Shown: positions 50,757 to 60,468 of the stretch, in pieces
Position numbering within the stretch: position 1 is the first letter of the stretch
Layout: each line of letters begins with the position of its first letter
Source of the DNA: Nitrosopumilus sp.
Lineage (GTDB): Archaea; Thermoproteota; Nitrososphaeria; Nitrososphaerales; Nitrosopumilaceae
Length of the DNA stretch: 64,000 bases
Assembly: GCA_965224195.1 (NCBI GenBank)
Contig: OZ245040.1
Location: forward strand, 1,856,001 to 1,920,000
Direction of reading: 5' to 3'
Translations under genes and position numbers: made by a program
Notes under the pieces: model-generated
What the model was told of the DNA's origin: nothing
Database searches by the model: none
Seen by the model: only the letters and a program-made list of their open reading frames with translations

Positions 50757-52490
50757 CTACCAGTACTTGGCCTTTACAGTCTCTATGACTTTTTCATGTT
50801 CCTTACTCTTTCTACGTGCATATTTCTCCATGGCGCCAAGTGGAATACCTCCAAGAGATCTTGCAAGTGCATTAAAGGCATATCTTTGTGGGCCTTTTGA
50901 ACCAGTCTTTGTCATGAATTTTTGAATACCATATTTGAAATTGTGTTGCCATGTCTTGTAAAGAACACCCAATTGTGCAGGAGTCATTTCACTTCCAATG
51001 TTAAAGAACTGTGATTGTTCTAGTAATCCAATTGGAACAAATGTAAGTGCAGTAGCAGTAAACATTGAATCAGGTTGTTCATGTTCTAATTCACTGATTA
51101 ATTGAATAGTTTCCCATGAATCTTCAGGGGTTTCGTCATTATCAAGACCCATAATCAAAGTAAATGCTGGAATCCAATAGTTTTCATTCATTGTCTTTAC
51201 ACCTTCTTTTACAACCCAATGCCATTCAGACGGATCATATGGAGCAAGTTTCCTATCAGCATATTTACTAATTAATCTAAGACTTCCAGTTTCAAGTCCT
51301 GCTTGGACACCAATCATGTTATCAGGACCAGCTTTCATGATTTTTGAAAGATTTGGAAGTAGTTTTTCATCAGCTATTGCACCTGCCAACGTTCCATGTG
51401 TTGGATTTGTATGTTCAACTCCTGTAGACATGATTGCAGTGAATAATTCTTCTAATGCTTCTCTATTTGGCTCCATTCCTTTTGCAGTTCTAGGATCCAT
51501 CCCATAAACGAAAATATCATCACTGTGAATCCATGCAGATTTAGAACCACCTTTCTTTATGTTAACTTCAATTTCTTGTTTCACTTTTTCTGGTGAATAA
51601 TATCTTAAAGATCTTAATGTAACATCACAGAATTTACATCCTCTACCACAACCACGCATTACTTCAACCATTCCATGCATACTAGGCTCTACAATGTTAG
51701 GAATATCTTCTAAATCAGGCCTATCCCAGAAATTTACAAATCTTCCGTGAATTTTTTTTCCTTCTCTTTCAAATTCTTTAATGTTAACTTTAAAGTCACT
51801 TCTCTTACGGAATGGATCCATATTTTCAAAATCGCCATTAATCAAATAGTTAAAAAAGCGACCTGCATGTCCATCAATTTCAGGTGCAATGCCACCAAGT
51901 TCTCCTTCTAAAATTGCATAAATTCCAAACTCTTCAATTTTTGCTGGATCATAGTTGTATTGCCATGTTCCAGAAGCACCAGAAATTACTTTTGCCTTAC
52001 TTCCAGTTCTTGCTTTTGCAGCTTTAATTCTATGATGTAATTCTGCATTGTAAAATTCATCATATGATGTTTGTTTTCGTCCATAAGTAAATGTCATAGT
52101 AACTGGACCCATTCCAAGTGGATCCATTTCATAAGTTCCAATAACTTCAGTTTCAGGACCAATGAATTTTTCAATGTGATTTGGATGAGCAACAACTACA
52201 TCTTTTCGTGCAAAGCCATCACGTAACAAACCAGCTTCTAATTTTCTCAATCCATATGGAGCATATTTTGCTGCACCATCAATATCAGGTGACCAATTAC
52301 AAATAAAATCAAACAGAACTTTTGGAGTTACCTGATTTCCAAGAATTTTATACCAAAAACTCTTCTTATCTCTATTAGGATCTATTGCTGGAGCACATCC
52401 GAAAAATGTTGCAAGAGATAATCCCCTATAAGGAGACATCAAAGTTCTATCAGCGGTTAAAACTATTTTTGGAGTACCCATACCCTTCAC
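50757..52490 (-). CDS. B12-binding-type radical SAM protein
   Basis: RGCGRGCKFC, APYGLRKLEA, GLETGS. Confidence 0.88.
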   Translation of the reverse strand: MKGMGTPKIVLTADRTLMSPYRGLSLATFFGCAPAIDPNRDKKSFWYKILGNQVTPKVLFDFICNWSPDIDGAAKYAPYGLRKLEAGLLRDGFARKDVVVAHPNHIEKFIGPETEVIGTYEMDPLGMGPVTMTFTYGRKQTSYDEFYNAELHHRIKAAKARTGSKAKVISGASGTWQYNYDPAKIEEFGIYAILEGELGGIAPEIDGHAGRFFNYLINGDFENMDPFRKRSDFKVNIKEFEREGKKIHGRFVNFWDRPDLEDIPNIVEPSMHGMVEVMRGCGRGCKFCDVTLRSLRYYSPEKVKQEIEVNIKKGGSKSAWIHSDDIFVYGMDPRTAKGMEPNREALEELFTAIMSTGVEHTNPTHGTLAGAIADEKLLPNLSKIMKAGPDNMIGVQAGLETGSLRLISKYADRKLAPYDPSEWHWVVKEGVKTMNENYWIPAFTLIMGLDNDETPEDSWETIQLISELEHEQPDSMFTATALTFVPIGLLEQSQFFNIGSEMTPAQLGVLYKTWQHNFKYGIQKFMTKTGSKGPQRYAFNALARSLGGIPLGAMEKYARRKSKEHEKVIETVKAKYW

Positions 52491-52532
52491 GGAAATAATT
52501 TTGTGATTTATTTTAAACCTTGCTAGTCAAAC

Positions 52533-53345
52533 TCAGTAATTTTCTAAAATTCCAGCCTTATTTCTATGTAAATGACCAAATTCCTTATTTGTAGATAAAT
52601 GATCCCCATCAAATACAGTTCCATCTCTACATGCAAGATCCTCACCCACACAACAACTGCCACATATTCCAACACCGCATTTCATCATTCTCTCAAGACT
52701 AGCTTGAACAAAGATTTGTTTTGCATGAGCGGCTTGAACGGTTTTGTACATCATAATTTCAGGACCACATACATACACAGCATCATAATGAGTTTCGCTA
52801 ACTAATTTTTCAACTAAATTAGTTACAAATCCTTTTTCACCATAACTACCATCATCAGTCGAAACAATAACTTGATGAGAATTATTTTTTAATAATTCAT
52901 TAGATAAATTTTCAAAAAATACCTCATCTTTTGATTTTGCTCCCATTAGTACAGTAACATCATCAGTAGGTTTTACAAAAGTAAGTAATCGCATCATTGG
53001 AACAAGACCAGTTCCACCTCCAACTAACAAAAGTTTTCCTTTTTTGACGTCAAATGAATTTCCATATGGACCTCGGATTCCAATTTGTCCTCCTACTGGA
53101 ACATTGAACAAACCAGTAGATGAAGGGCCATGTTTTCGTACAGTAAATGCTGCTTTTCCAGGTTCTTTTGAAATCATTACACTCATTGGTAATTCATTTA
53201 CACCAGGAATCCAAACCATAGCAAATTGCCCCGGAAGAACAGTTGGCATTACATCATCTGAAAAAACTAGGGTTCTAACAGTTGGTGTTTCATCAATTAC
53301 TTTTTCAATTGTAACAATTGTGGGATGATTAAGATTTCTTTGCAA
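52533..53345 (-). CDS. pyrK: Dihydroorotate dehydrogenase electron transfer subunit
   Basis: RGPYGN, GGGTG, CGPE, MKCGVGICGSC. Confidence 0.93.
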   Translation of the reverse strand: MQRNLNHPTIVTIEKVIDETPTVRTLVFSDDVMPTVLPGQFAMVWIPGVNELPMSVMISKEPGKAAFTVRKHGPSSTGLFNVPVGGQIGIRGPYGNSFDVKKGKLLLVGGGTGLVPMMRLLTFVKPTDDVTVLMGAKSKDEVFFENLSNELLKNNSHQVIVSTDDGSYGEKGFVTNLVEKLVSETHYDAVYVCGPEIMMYKTVQAAHAKQIFVQASLERMMKCGVGICGSCCVGEDLACRDGTVFDGDHLSTNKEFGHLHRNKAGILENY

Positions 53346-54240
53346 GACCCACCATCTCCTTTATTGTAGAATAATTTTTTCTCTTCATATAATCTAAAAT
53401 TCCTTTGTTAATATCATCAAAAACTCCAACCCAATTATCTCCAATTGCACTTCCAAGTTGAACAGCAGATGCTCCTGCCAAGAAAAATTCAACAGCATCT
53501 TCCCAAGTAGATATTCCCCCACATCCAATTATTGGTATATTATATTTTGAAGAAATTTCATAAACACATCTTAATGCAATTGGTTTAATCGGAGTTCCAG
53601 ATAATCCTCCAAATTTATTACTAAGTATAGGCCGCTGAGTTTCAACGTCAATGGCTATTGCTCTAACGGTGTTAATTGCAGTAATAGCATCAATTCCAGA
53701 ATCTATGACAGTACTAACAGTATTGAGATAATTACTAGTCCCCAATCCAACTTTAGCAATTACAGGAACGTTTGTAGTATTTTTTATAGTAGATACAATT
53801 GCTTTAACCAATCCAGGATCATCACCAACCTCCAAACCAACTTTGGCAACGTGAGGACAGGATAAATTCAACTCATATGCCTTGACTTTACAATTTTTGA
53901 ATTCTTTAATCATCATTTCAAAATCTTCAGGTACAGAACCTACCAAACTTACAACTATTGGAACATCTTGATTTGGTTCAATCATTTTTGCAAAATTTGA
54001 TGCGCCAGGATTTGAGAGACCTACAGCATTTATCCATCCGCCACCCTTTACACTAAAGATTGTAGGATTTGGGTATCCTTCCCATGGTGCAGTGCTTAGA
54101 GATTTAGTTACAACTGCACCTGCACCTGATGCATAAAGTCGATTAAACACATCTAATGATATGCCTAAAATTCCAGACGCCAACATTACAGGTTTATCTA
54201 ATTGAATTTGACCCATGTAAGTTGCAATACTAGGTTCCAC
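53329..54240 (-). CDS. pyrD: Dihydroorotate dehydrogenase 1B catalytic subunit
   Basis: NAVGLSNPG, ELNLSCPH, GGLSG. Confidence 0.94.
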   Translation of the reverse strand: MEPSIATYMGQIQLDKPVMLASGILGISLDVFNRLYASGAGAVVTKSLSTAPWEGYPNPTIFSVKGGGWINAVGLSNPGASNFAKMIEPNQDVPIVVSLVGSVPEDFEMMIKEFKNCKVKAYELNLSCPHVAKVGLEVGDDPGLVKAIVSTIKNTTNVPVIAKVGLGTSNYLNTVSTVIDSGIDAITAINTVRAIAIDVETQRPILSNKFGGLSGTPIKPIALRCVYEISSKYNIPIIGCGGISTWEDAVEFFLAGASAVQLGSAIGDNWVGVFDDINKGILDYMKRKNYSTIKEMVGLAKKS

Positions 54241-54325
54241 TTTGATTAATGAGTCAAGTTTCGAATATAACAGTTGATTCTTGATTCTGGTACCTTTTTT
54301 AAAGGTCATTTAGAATCAACTAGTC

Positions 54326-55831
54326 ATGTATTCTGTAGTTTTAACAGAGTTAGGAATCTCAGTTTTCAATGATGGAAAACTAGACAAAGCATTTTCATTC
54401 TCAAATCCTGTAAAAGAGTACCTATTAGTCAAAAATAAAGAATCAAAATTAAATGAACTTGTAAATTATTTAGCATCAACTCAAAGAGGATTTTCTGTTA
54501 GTGATGAATCATTACTTGCAATTCTAAAAAAATATTCAATTGATTGTCACTTAATGGAAGAATCTGAATTAGATGAAATTCAAACAAACAAACCACAGAT
54601 TATTGTAGATTCAGGTTTTGCATCAAATCTACAAGATACACTTGGAAAATTAAGAGAATTTGCACTGGAATTATCATCATCAAAAGTTACCGAAGTTTCA
54701 GAAAGTCCAGATCTTCACATCATTCAAGCAATTAATTCTCTAGATGAAATTGATAAAATTGCAAATGGACTAAGTTCAAGGCTAAGAGAATGGTATGGAT
54801 TGCATTTTCCAGAACTAGATAATATTATTGACAGCATTAATGGATATGCACAAATTGTAATGGCAGGAAAAAGAGAATCATTAACTAAACAAATTTTTGA
54901 AGAAGCTGGTTTTCCAGAATCAAAAGTAGAGATGTTGTCATTAATTTCATCAAAAAGTAGAGGTGGAGATATTTCAGACATTAATTTATCAATAGTTCAA
55001 TCAATTGCAAAACAAGTTTTAGATTTTCACGAGTTACGTAAGAAACTTGAAGAACATGTTGAAGCAGAAATGCAAAATATTGCACCAAATACTTCAGCAA
55101 TTCTGGGTACTGCAGTAGGTGCAAGGATTTTAGGAAGAGCTGGAAGTCTCAAAAAAATGGCATCTCTTCCTGCTAGTACAATACAAGTTCTAGGAGCTGA
55201 AAAAGCATTATTCAGATCATTGAAGACAGGTTCACAACCGCCTAAACACGGATTATTATTCCAACATGCAATGGTTCATGCTGCTCCAAGATGGCAAAGA
55301 GGGAAAATTGCTCGTGCAGTAGCTGCCAAGGCAGTAATCGCTGCAAGAGTGGATGTTTACGGTAAGGGATTAAATCAAACTTTACTTGATAAACTCAACA
55401 TCAGAGTTGATGAAATTGGCAAAAAATATGAAAATCCTACTGAAAAAGACATGAGACCATCTCCATCATTTAGAAGAGAAGGCGGCTTTAGAGATAATCC
55501 AAGAAGAGGTGGAGGCCGAAACAGAGGTGGAGACCAAAGAAGAGAAGGCGGCTTTAGAGATAATCCAAGAAGAGATAGTGGAGATAGAAGAGAAGGCGGC
55601 TTTAGAGATAATCCAAGAAGAGATAGTGGAGATAGAAGAGAAGGCGGCTTTAGAGATAATCCAAGAAGAGATAGTGGAGATAGAAGAGAAGGCGGCTTTA
55701 GAGATAATCCAAGAAGAGATAGTGGAGATAGAAGAGAAGGCGGCTTTAGAGATAATCCAAGAAGAGATAGTGGAAGAAATGATGAAAGAACAGATTCAAA
55801 CAAAAAGAGAAAGAAGTTTGGAAGAAGATAA
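54326..55831 (+). CDS. nop5: Box C/D sRNP protein Nop5 (Nop56/58)
   Basis: REWYGLHFPEL, STIQVLGAEKALF, PPKHG; R/G/D repeat tail. Confidence 0.95.
   Translation: MYSVVLTELGISVFNDGKLDKAFSFSNPVKEYLLVKNKESKLNELVNYLASTQRGFSVSDESLLAILKKYSIDCHLMEESELDEIQTNKPQIIVDSGFASNLQDTLGKLREFALELSSSKVTEVSESPDLHIIQAINSLDEIDKIANGLSSRLREWYGLHFPELDNIIDSINGYAQIVMAGKRESLTKQIFEEAGFPESKVEMLSLISSKSRGGDISDINLSIVQSIAKQVLDFHELRKKLEEHVEAEMQNIAPNTSAILGTAVGARILGRAGSLKKMASLPASTIQVLGAEKALFRSLKTGSQPPKHGLLFQHAMVHAAPRWQRGKIARAVAAKAVIAARVDVYGKGLNQTLLDKLNIRVDEIGKKYENPTEKDMRPSPSFRREGGFRDNPRRGGGRNRGGDQRREGGFRDNPRRDSGDRREGGFRDNPRRDSGDRREGGFRDNPRRDSGDRREGGFRDNPRRDSGDRREGGFRDNPRRDSGRNDERTDSNKKRKKFGRR
55472..55774 (+). repeat. 48-bp coding tandem repeat (RREGGFRDNPRRDSGD; about 5 tandem copies plus 1 partial detached copy)
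   Basis: Exact units at 55538, 55586, 55634, 55682 and 55730. Confidence 0.95.
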
Positions 55832-56492
55832 TCAGTCATTTTTTTGGATAAAATCAGAAGGACAAGAAAAATTAGCTACAGAAAATATGGTTCCTGGAAA
55901 TCAGGTTTACAAAGAAAAATTAATCATTAAAAGAGGAATTGAATACAGATTATGGGATCCGTTTAGAAGTAAACTAGCAGCATCCATTGTGAATGGTTTA
56001 GATTACTTTCCTTTTGAAAATAAAAGTCAAATTTTGTATTTAGGGGCATCTACTGGAACCACAGTTAGTCACATCTCAGATATTGTAGGTCCTAGCGGGA
56101 TTGTTTTTGCAGTAGAACATGCAAGTAGAGTGGCAAGGGATTTTTTGGATAGAGTTGCAGCATATAGAAAAAATATTATGCCAATTCTACAAGATGCAAG
56201 AAAGCCAAAAGAATATTTTTCAGTATTTGGAAAAGTTGATGTTATGTATGTAGATATTGCACAACCAGATCAAACACAAATTGCAATTGATAATTGCGAA
56301 ATGTTTCTAAAAAAAGGAGGTTATTTCTTTCTAGTTATCAAAACTAGAAGTATTGATGTAACAAAAGCTCCAAAAAGAATTGTTGAAGAAGAAATAGAAA
56401 AATTGAAACCAAGATTTGATGTTTTACAAACTATTGACCTACATCCATATGATAAAGATCATGCAATGGTAATTTCAAAATTCAAAAATTAG
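55818..56492 (+). CDS. flpA: Fibrillarin-like rRNA/tRNA 2'-O-methyltransferase
   Basis: YRLWDPFRSKLAA, YLGASTGTTVSH, DIAQPDQ; TTG start chosen. Confidence 0.95.
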   Translation: MEEDNQSFFWIKSEGQEKLATENMVPGNQVYKEKLIIKRGIEYRLWDPFRSKLAASIVNGLDYFPFENKSQILYLGASTGTTVSHISDIVGPSGIVFAVEHASRVARDFLDRVAAYRKNIMPILQDARKPKEYFSVFGKVDVMYVDIAQPDQTQIAIDNCEMFLKKGGYFFLVIKTRSIDVTKAPKRIVEEEIEKLKPRFDVLQTIDLHPYDKDHAMVISKFKN

Positions 56493-57109
56493 TTATTTTC
56501 AATAATTCTCTGAACTGGTTTCCAACTTTTACGCACGAATTTTGGCATCTCATGGTTTTTTTTGTAATATTTTGTTACAAATTTTACAGTTACAGAATCA
56601 GACGGATACCCACTACCTAAATTATGATCTTTTCTTAATTTTATAATTGCTCTATCCCTACTTACTTTAGCAAGAATAGATGCAGCAGACACTACAACAA
56701 ATCTACTATCAGCACGATGATATGATTTAATTTTATGATTATCAGATAGTTTAGAAATTTCTTTTCCAAACCTAGTAGGATTTACATCGCATGAATCAAC
56801 ATAGGATACATCTGGATTTAATTTTGAAACAACTTTTGCCATGTACTTTACCTCTAAACCATTTAGACAGTGCTTCTTTACACTAGCATCAATTGATCTA
56901 GGAGAAATTTTTGCAATATAGTAATCATCTACAATTTCGATAATTTTTTTGTAGAGATATTCTCGTAACTTAGGAGTGAGTTTTTTTGAATCTTTTACAC
57001 CTAATTTGCTTAATTTTTTTATATTTTTTTTATCTATAGATATTCCAGCTATCACCAAGGGCCCCAACATAGGACCACGTCCAGCATCATCTATACCACA
57101 AATTTGCAC
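56489..57109 (-). CDS. rnhB: Ribonuclease HII
   Basis: GIDDAGRGPMLGP, DSKKL, SAASILAKV, GSGYPSD. Confidence 0.95.
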   Translation of the reverse strand: MQICGIDDAGRGPMLGPLVIAGISIDKKNIKKLSKLGVKDSKKLTPKLREYLYKKIIEIVDDYYIAKISPRSIDASVKKHCLNGLEVKYMAKVVSKLNPDVSYVDSCDVNPTRFGKEISKLSDNHKIKSYHRADSRFVVVSAASILAKVSRDRAIIKLRKDHNLGSGYPSDSVTVKFVTKYYKKNHEMPKFVRKSWKPVQRIIENN

Positions 57110-57169
57110 GAATTGTTTCTTAAAGCACAAGTATTAAACCGTTATACGTTTAGAAAAATTGAAAAACAA

Positions 57170-58318
57170 TTGGAATTTCCAGACGAAACTTTTCAAGAAA
57201 TAATTGAAGGGAAAACAAAACTGCTAGTCCCAAAAAAATCAATTATCGATAAAGTACCTCCAATGAAACCAGCATTTTTCAATCCAAAAGCAAAATTAAA
57301 TAGAGATTTTTCAATAATTGCATATTCTGCTTTTCTTAACAAATTTCAAGGTCCAAAAATTTTCTTAGAAGGGCTTTCAGGATTAGGAGCTAGAGGATTA
57401 CGAGTTGGAAATGAATTAGACATTGAAAAGATTGTAATTAATGATCTTAATCCCTCTGCACTCAAAATGGCAGAATATTCTGCAAATCTAAATGACGTAA
57501 AAAATATTGAATTTTCTGAAAAAGAAGTATGTAGATTTTTTAGCAATTATTCAAAAAAAGGAGAAAGAGGCTCAATTGTAGATATTGATCCTTTTGGATC
57601 ACCTGCAGCATTTTTTGACTGTGGGATTAGAGCAACCATGCATGGAGGCATACTATCAATCGCAGCCACAGATCTTCAAGTACTAAATGGCCTCTTTCAA
57701 TCTGCATGTAAAAGAAAGTATGGAGGAATTCCAGTTAGAACTGAATACGGAAATGAAATTGCAATTAGATTGGTTTTAGGATCTCTTAGAGCAGTTGCAG
57801 CAAGACTAGGTGTAACTGTTATTCCCATGTTTATTGAAAGTGAAATGCACTACTATAGAATATATGTCAAAGTTTTCAATAGACCAGATCAAAAAGAGAA
57901 TCTAGGATACATTTTACATTGTAAAAATTGTGGGGATAGAAAAATTTCATTAGAGCAAAAACAGGTATGTGAATTGTGTGAATCGAAAATTAGTTTGGCA
58001 GGACCATTATGGATAGATAAAATTTTTGATAAAGAATTTGTTCAAGATATGATAATAGAGAATACTAAATTAGAAACAGACAAAAATTGTGAAAAAATTC
58101 TTTGTAAATGTTTGTCTGAATCAGAAATGTCAGGAACATATTATACAATAGATGAAGTTGCATCAATAATGAAATCATCACCACCAAAACTAGAAAAAGC
58201 AATTTCAAGTTTAATTGAAAATAATTTTTTAGCTAGTGTCACAGTGTTTAATCCAACAGGGTTTAGAACTAATGCAAATATTAAAGAAATAATTAAAATT
58301 TTTGAAACTATCCAATAA
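57170..58318 (+). CDS. trm1: tRNA (guanine26-N2)-dimethyltransferase
   Basis: FFNP..NRD, DIDPFGSP, GPLW. Confidence 0.93.
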   Translation: MEFPDETFQEIIEGKTKLLVPKKSIIDKVPPMKPAFFNPKAKLNRDFSIIAYSAFLNKFQGPKIFLEGLSGLGARGLRVGNELDIEKIVINDLNPSALKMAEYSANLNDVKNIEFSEKEVCRFFSNYSKKGERGSIVDIDPFGSPAAFFDCGIRATMHGGILSIAATDLQVLNGLFQSACKRKYGGIPVRTEYGNEIAIRLVLGSLRAVAARLGVTVIPMFIESEMHYYRIYVKVFNRPDQKENLGYILHCKNCGDRKISLEQKQVCELCESKISLAGPLWIDKIFDKEFVQDMIIENTKLETDKNCEKILCKCLSESEMSGTYYTIDEVASIMKSSPPKLEKAISSLIENNFLASVTVFNPTGFRTNANIKEIIKIFETIQ

Positions 58319-58901
58319 AACCTAAACAAACAAGATATAATTCACTACTTTGTTTTCTACTTGCATCAGGTTTTGTAAGATTTATTCTAACAAATTTTTT
58401 CTTTATGTAATCTCTAAATTCCATTGAAAATTCACCATCAAAAATTTTGAATACCGCATTTCCTTTGTGTGCTAAAACTTTATCCATAATTTTTGTGCAA
58501 TCATAATTTAATGATATTTGCTTTGCATGATCAACAGTCCAATTTCCACTTACTTGAGGAGAAAGATCACAAATTACAGCATTAACTTTACGCCCAAAAT
58601 AAGATAATACTTGATCTACAACATGTTCATCTTCAATATTTTCTCTAATTATATGAGCCCCAGGAATCTCTTCAACGTATGACAAATCTATACCCATTAC
58701 TTTTCCTTGATTTCCAACTAATTTTATCGCCATTTGAGTCCAACCTCCAGGTGCGCAACCAAGATCTAAAACATTGAAACCAGGCCCTATGAGACGATAT
58801 GACTTGTTTAATTCTTGTAGTTTGAATGCAGCCCTACTTCGAAAACCTTGTTCATGAGCTAACCTACGATAATGATCTTTTCGTGCATCTGCTAGTTTCA
58901 T
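58308..58901 (-). CDS. rlmE: 23S rRNA 2'-O-methyltransferase RlmE/FtsJ
   Basis: RSRAAFKL, DLGCAPGGW, KPDASRKQSSE. Confidence 0.94.
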   Translation of the reverse strand: MKLADARKDHYRRLAHEQGFRSRAAFKLQELNKSYRLIGPGFNVLDLGCAPGGWTQMAIKLVGNQGKVMGIDLSYVEEIPGAHIIRENIEDEHVVDQVLSYFGRKVNAVICDLSPQVSGNWTVDHAKQISLNYDCTKIMDKVLAHKGNAVFKIFDGEFSMEFRDYIKKKFVRINLTKPDASRKQSSELYLVCLGFIG

Positions 58902-59812
58902 TTAGCCTTCACAGGTTTTTTCAATTCAGCAATTACCCAATCCTCAATGAATTGGCAATTAGTAGGACTAATTTCCCCCTCAAGTGAACATTTCTGCTCA
59001 ACAGGACAAACTAAACATGGTGCATTTTCAATAGATTGTGTACTAATTGGGGTTTTCTTTAAAATTAATTTGTATGTCCAACGATTGTTCTCAAGAAGTT
59101 TTTCTCTAGTAATTGTACCCATTCTTTCAAGTTTTAATGCTAATCTAGAACCAACTTGATTAGTAAGTTTAAGTTTTTTCCATAATTCACTTTGGAACAT
59201 TCCATCAGACTCTTTCTCAGCTAAAATATCACAAACTTTGTTAGTCAGTCTTTCCATGTCAACTTTTTCGATTTGGAAATTTTCAATTTCTTCATCTGAG
59301 AGTTGTTCTTCTAATTCTTCTTCAAGTGTTAATTCGGCAATTCTTTTTTCTTCTTCTAATTCTTTTTTGGTTAATTTCTTTACTTTAACTGGTTTTTCTT
59401 CTACTTTCTTTGCAGGTTTTGCAGCAGCTTTCTTTGCAGGTTTTGCAGCAGCTTTCTTTGCAGGTTTTGCAGCAGCTTTCTTTGCAGGTTTTGCAGCAGC
59501 TTTCTTTGCAGGTTTTGCAGCAGCTTTCTTTGCAGGTTTTGCAGCAGCTTTCTTTGCAGGTTTTGCAGCAGCTTTCTTTGCAGGTTTTGCAGCAGCTTTC
59601 TTTGTAGTTTTCTTTGCAGGTTTTGCAACAGCTTTCTTTGTAGTTTTCTTTGCAGGTTTTGCAGCAGCTTTCTTTATAACTTTCTTAGTAGCTTTCTTTG
59701 CTGTTTTCTTTACAGATTTTGTATCTAAAATTTTCTTTTTCTTTTTTAATGCGTCAAGATCTGCCTTAATTTTTTCTGCTTCTTCAATTAGAGTATCTTT
59801 TTTCTTTGCCAT
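58898..59812 (-). CDS. TFE-beta/RPC34-like winged-helix Fe-S protein with histone-H1-like N-terminal extension
   Basis: QSELWKKL wHTH; PCLVCPVEQKC..ISPTNC..DW Cys cluster; KKAAAKPA repeats. Confidence 0.8.
   Translation of the reverse strand: MAKKKDTLIEEAEKIKADLDALKKKKKILDTKSVKKTAKKATKKVIKKAAAKPAKKTTKKAVAKPAKKTTKKAAAKPAKKAAAKPAKKAAAKPAKKAAAKPAKKAAAKPAKKAAAKPAKKAAAKPAKKAAAKPAKKVEEKPVKVKKLTKKELEEEKRIAELTLEEELEEQLSDEEIENFQIEKVDMERLTNKVCDILAEKESDGMFQSELWKKLKLTNQVGSRLALKLERMGTITREKLLENNRWTYKLILKKTPISTQSIENAPCLVCPVEQKCSLEGEISPTNCQFIEDWVIAELKKPVKAK
59405..59674 (-). repeat. 24-bp coding tandem repeat (KKAAAKPA, about 10 units)
   Basis: CTTTCTTTGCAGGTTTTGCAGCAG repeated 8 times contiguously, plus 2 units separated by KKTT. 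Confidence 0.95.
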
Positions 59813-59866
59813 TAAATCACCTTATTTTTTAAATCCAATTTCTTATCTATCAACTCGATTTCATTC

Positions 59867-60364
59867 CTATTTAACAGTAAATGTTCCTTTTGTAGAGATA
59901 TTCTTTAGTTGTTTTGAGACCATTTCTGTGACTATATCATAAGAACCTGATGTATTAATTATCTTAGAAAAGTCTTCCCCAACAGGGATAATGTTACTGT
60001 CAGATTCAAAACACTGTTCAAAGAATCTACCTTGTGTTATTGCATCACTTTTTCCAGATAGATAAATTGTAATGTAAAGATCCCCACAACTAAATGAAGA
60101 ATCGCCAACTTTTACTTGAATTTCAATAGGTTCTGTAGTAGAATATTGTTTAGATAATCCAACAATTTCAATAGGAGAGTTATTGGAAGTATCTGTATCT
60201 TCAATAGGAGAACTATGAGAAGTGCCTACTTCAGAATTAGACATTGGCCACATGTTTAACTCTCTATCAGGTTTCTGAAGAACATCAGACAATACTGCTG
60301 AACCGATTATAATTGAGAGAATTACAGGTAAAATGAACACAATAAAAACTCGCTTGCTAGCCAT
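59867..60364 (-). CDS. Membrane-anchored hypothetical protein
   Basis: N-terminal TM; CGDLYITIY. Confidence 0.7.
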   Translation of the reverse strand: MASKRVFIVFILPVILSIIIGSAVLSDVLQKPDRELNMWPMSNSEVGTSHSSPIEDTDTSNNSPIEIVGLSKQYSTTEPIEIQVKVGDSSFSCGDLYITIYLSGKSDAITQGRFFEQCFESDSNIIPVGEDFSKIINTSGSYDIVTEMVSKQLKNISTKGTFTVK

Positions 60365-60468
60365 TTTGTTTTAAAATCTATAATTCCCTTATATCTATTT
60401 AGCAAAATTCGAAAAGTTAAGATCATTTTGACGAATGAGTTAAATCGTAGCCAACTAAATATCGCTAG

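Noticed and set aside
59238-59942. Long antisense or alternate-frame ORFs over repeats (also 55375-55839, 23759-24088, 17249-17497)
   Set aside because: Shadows of low-complexity coding sequence on the other strand or frame.
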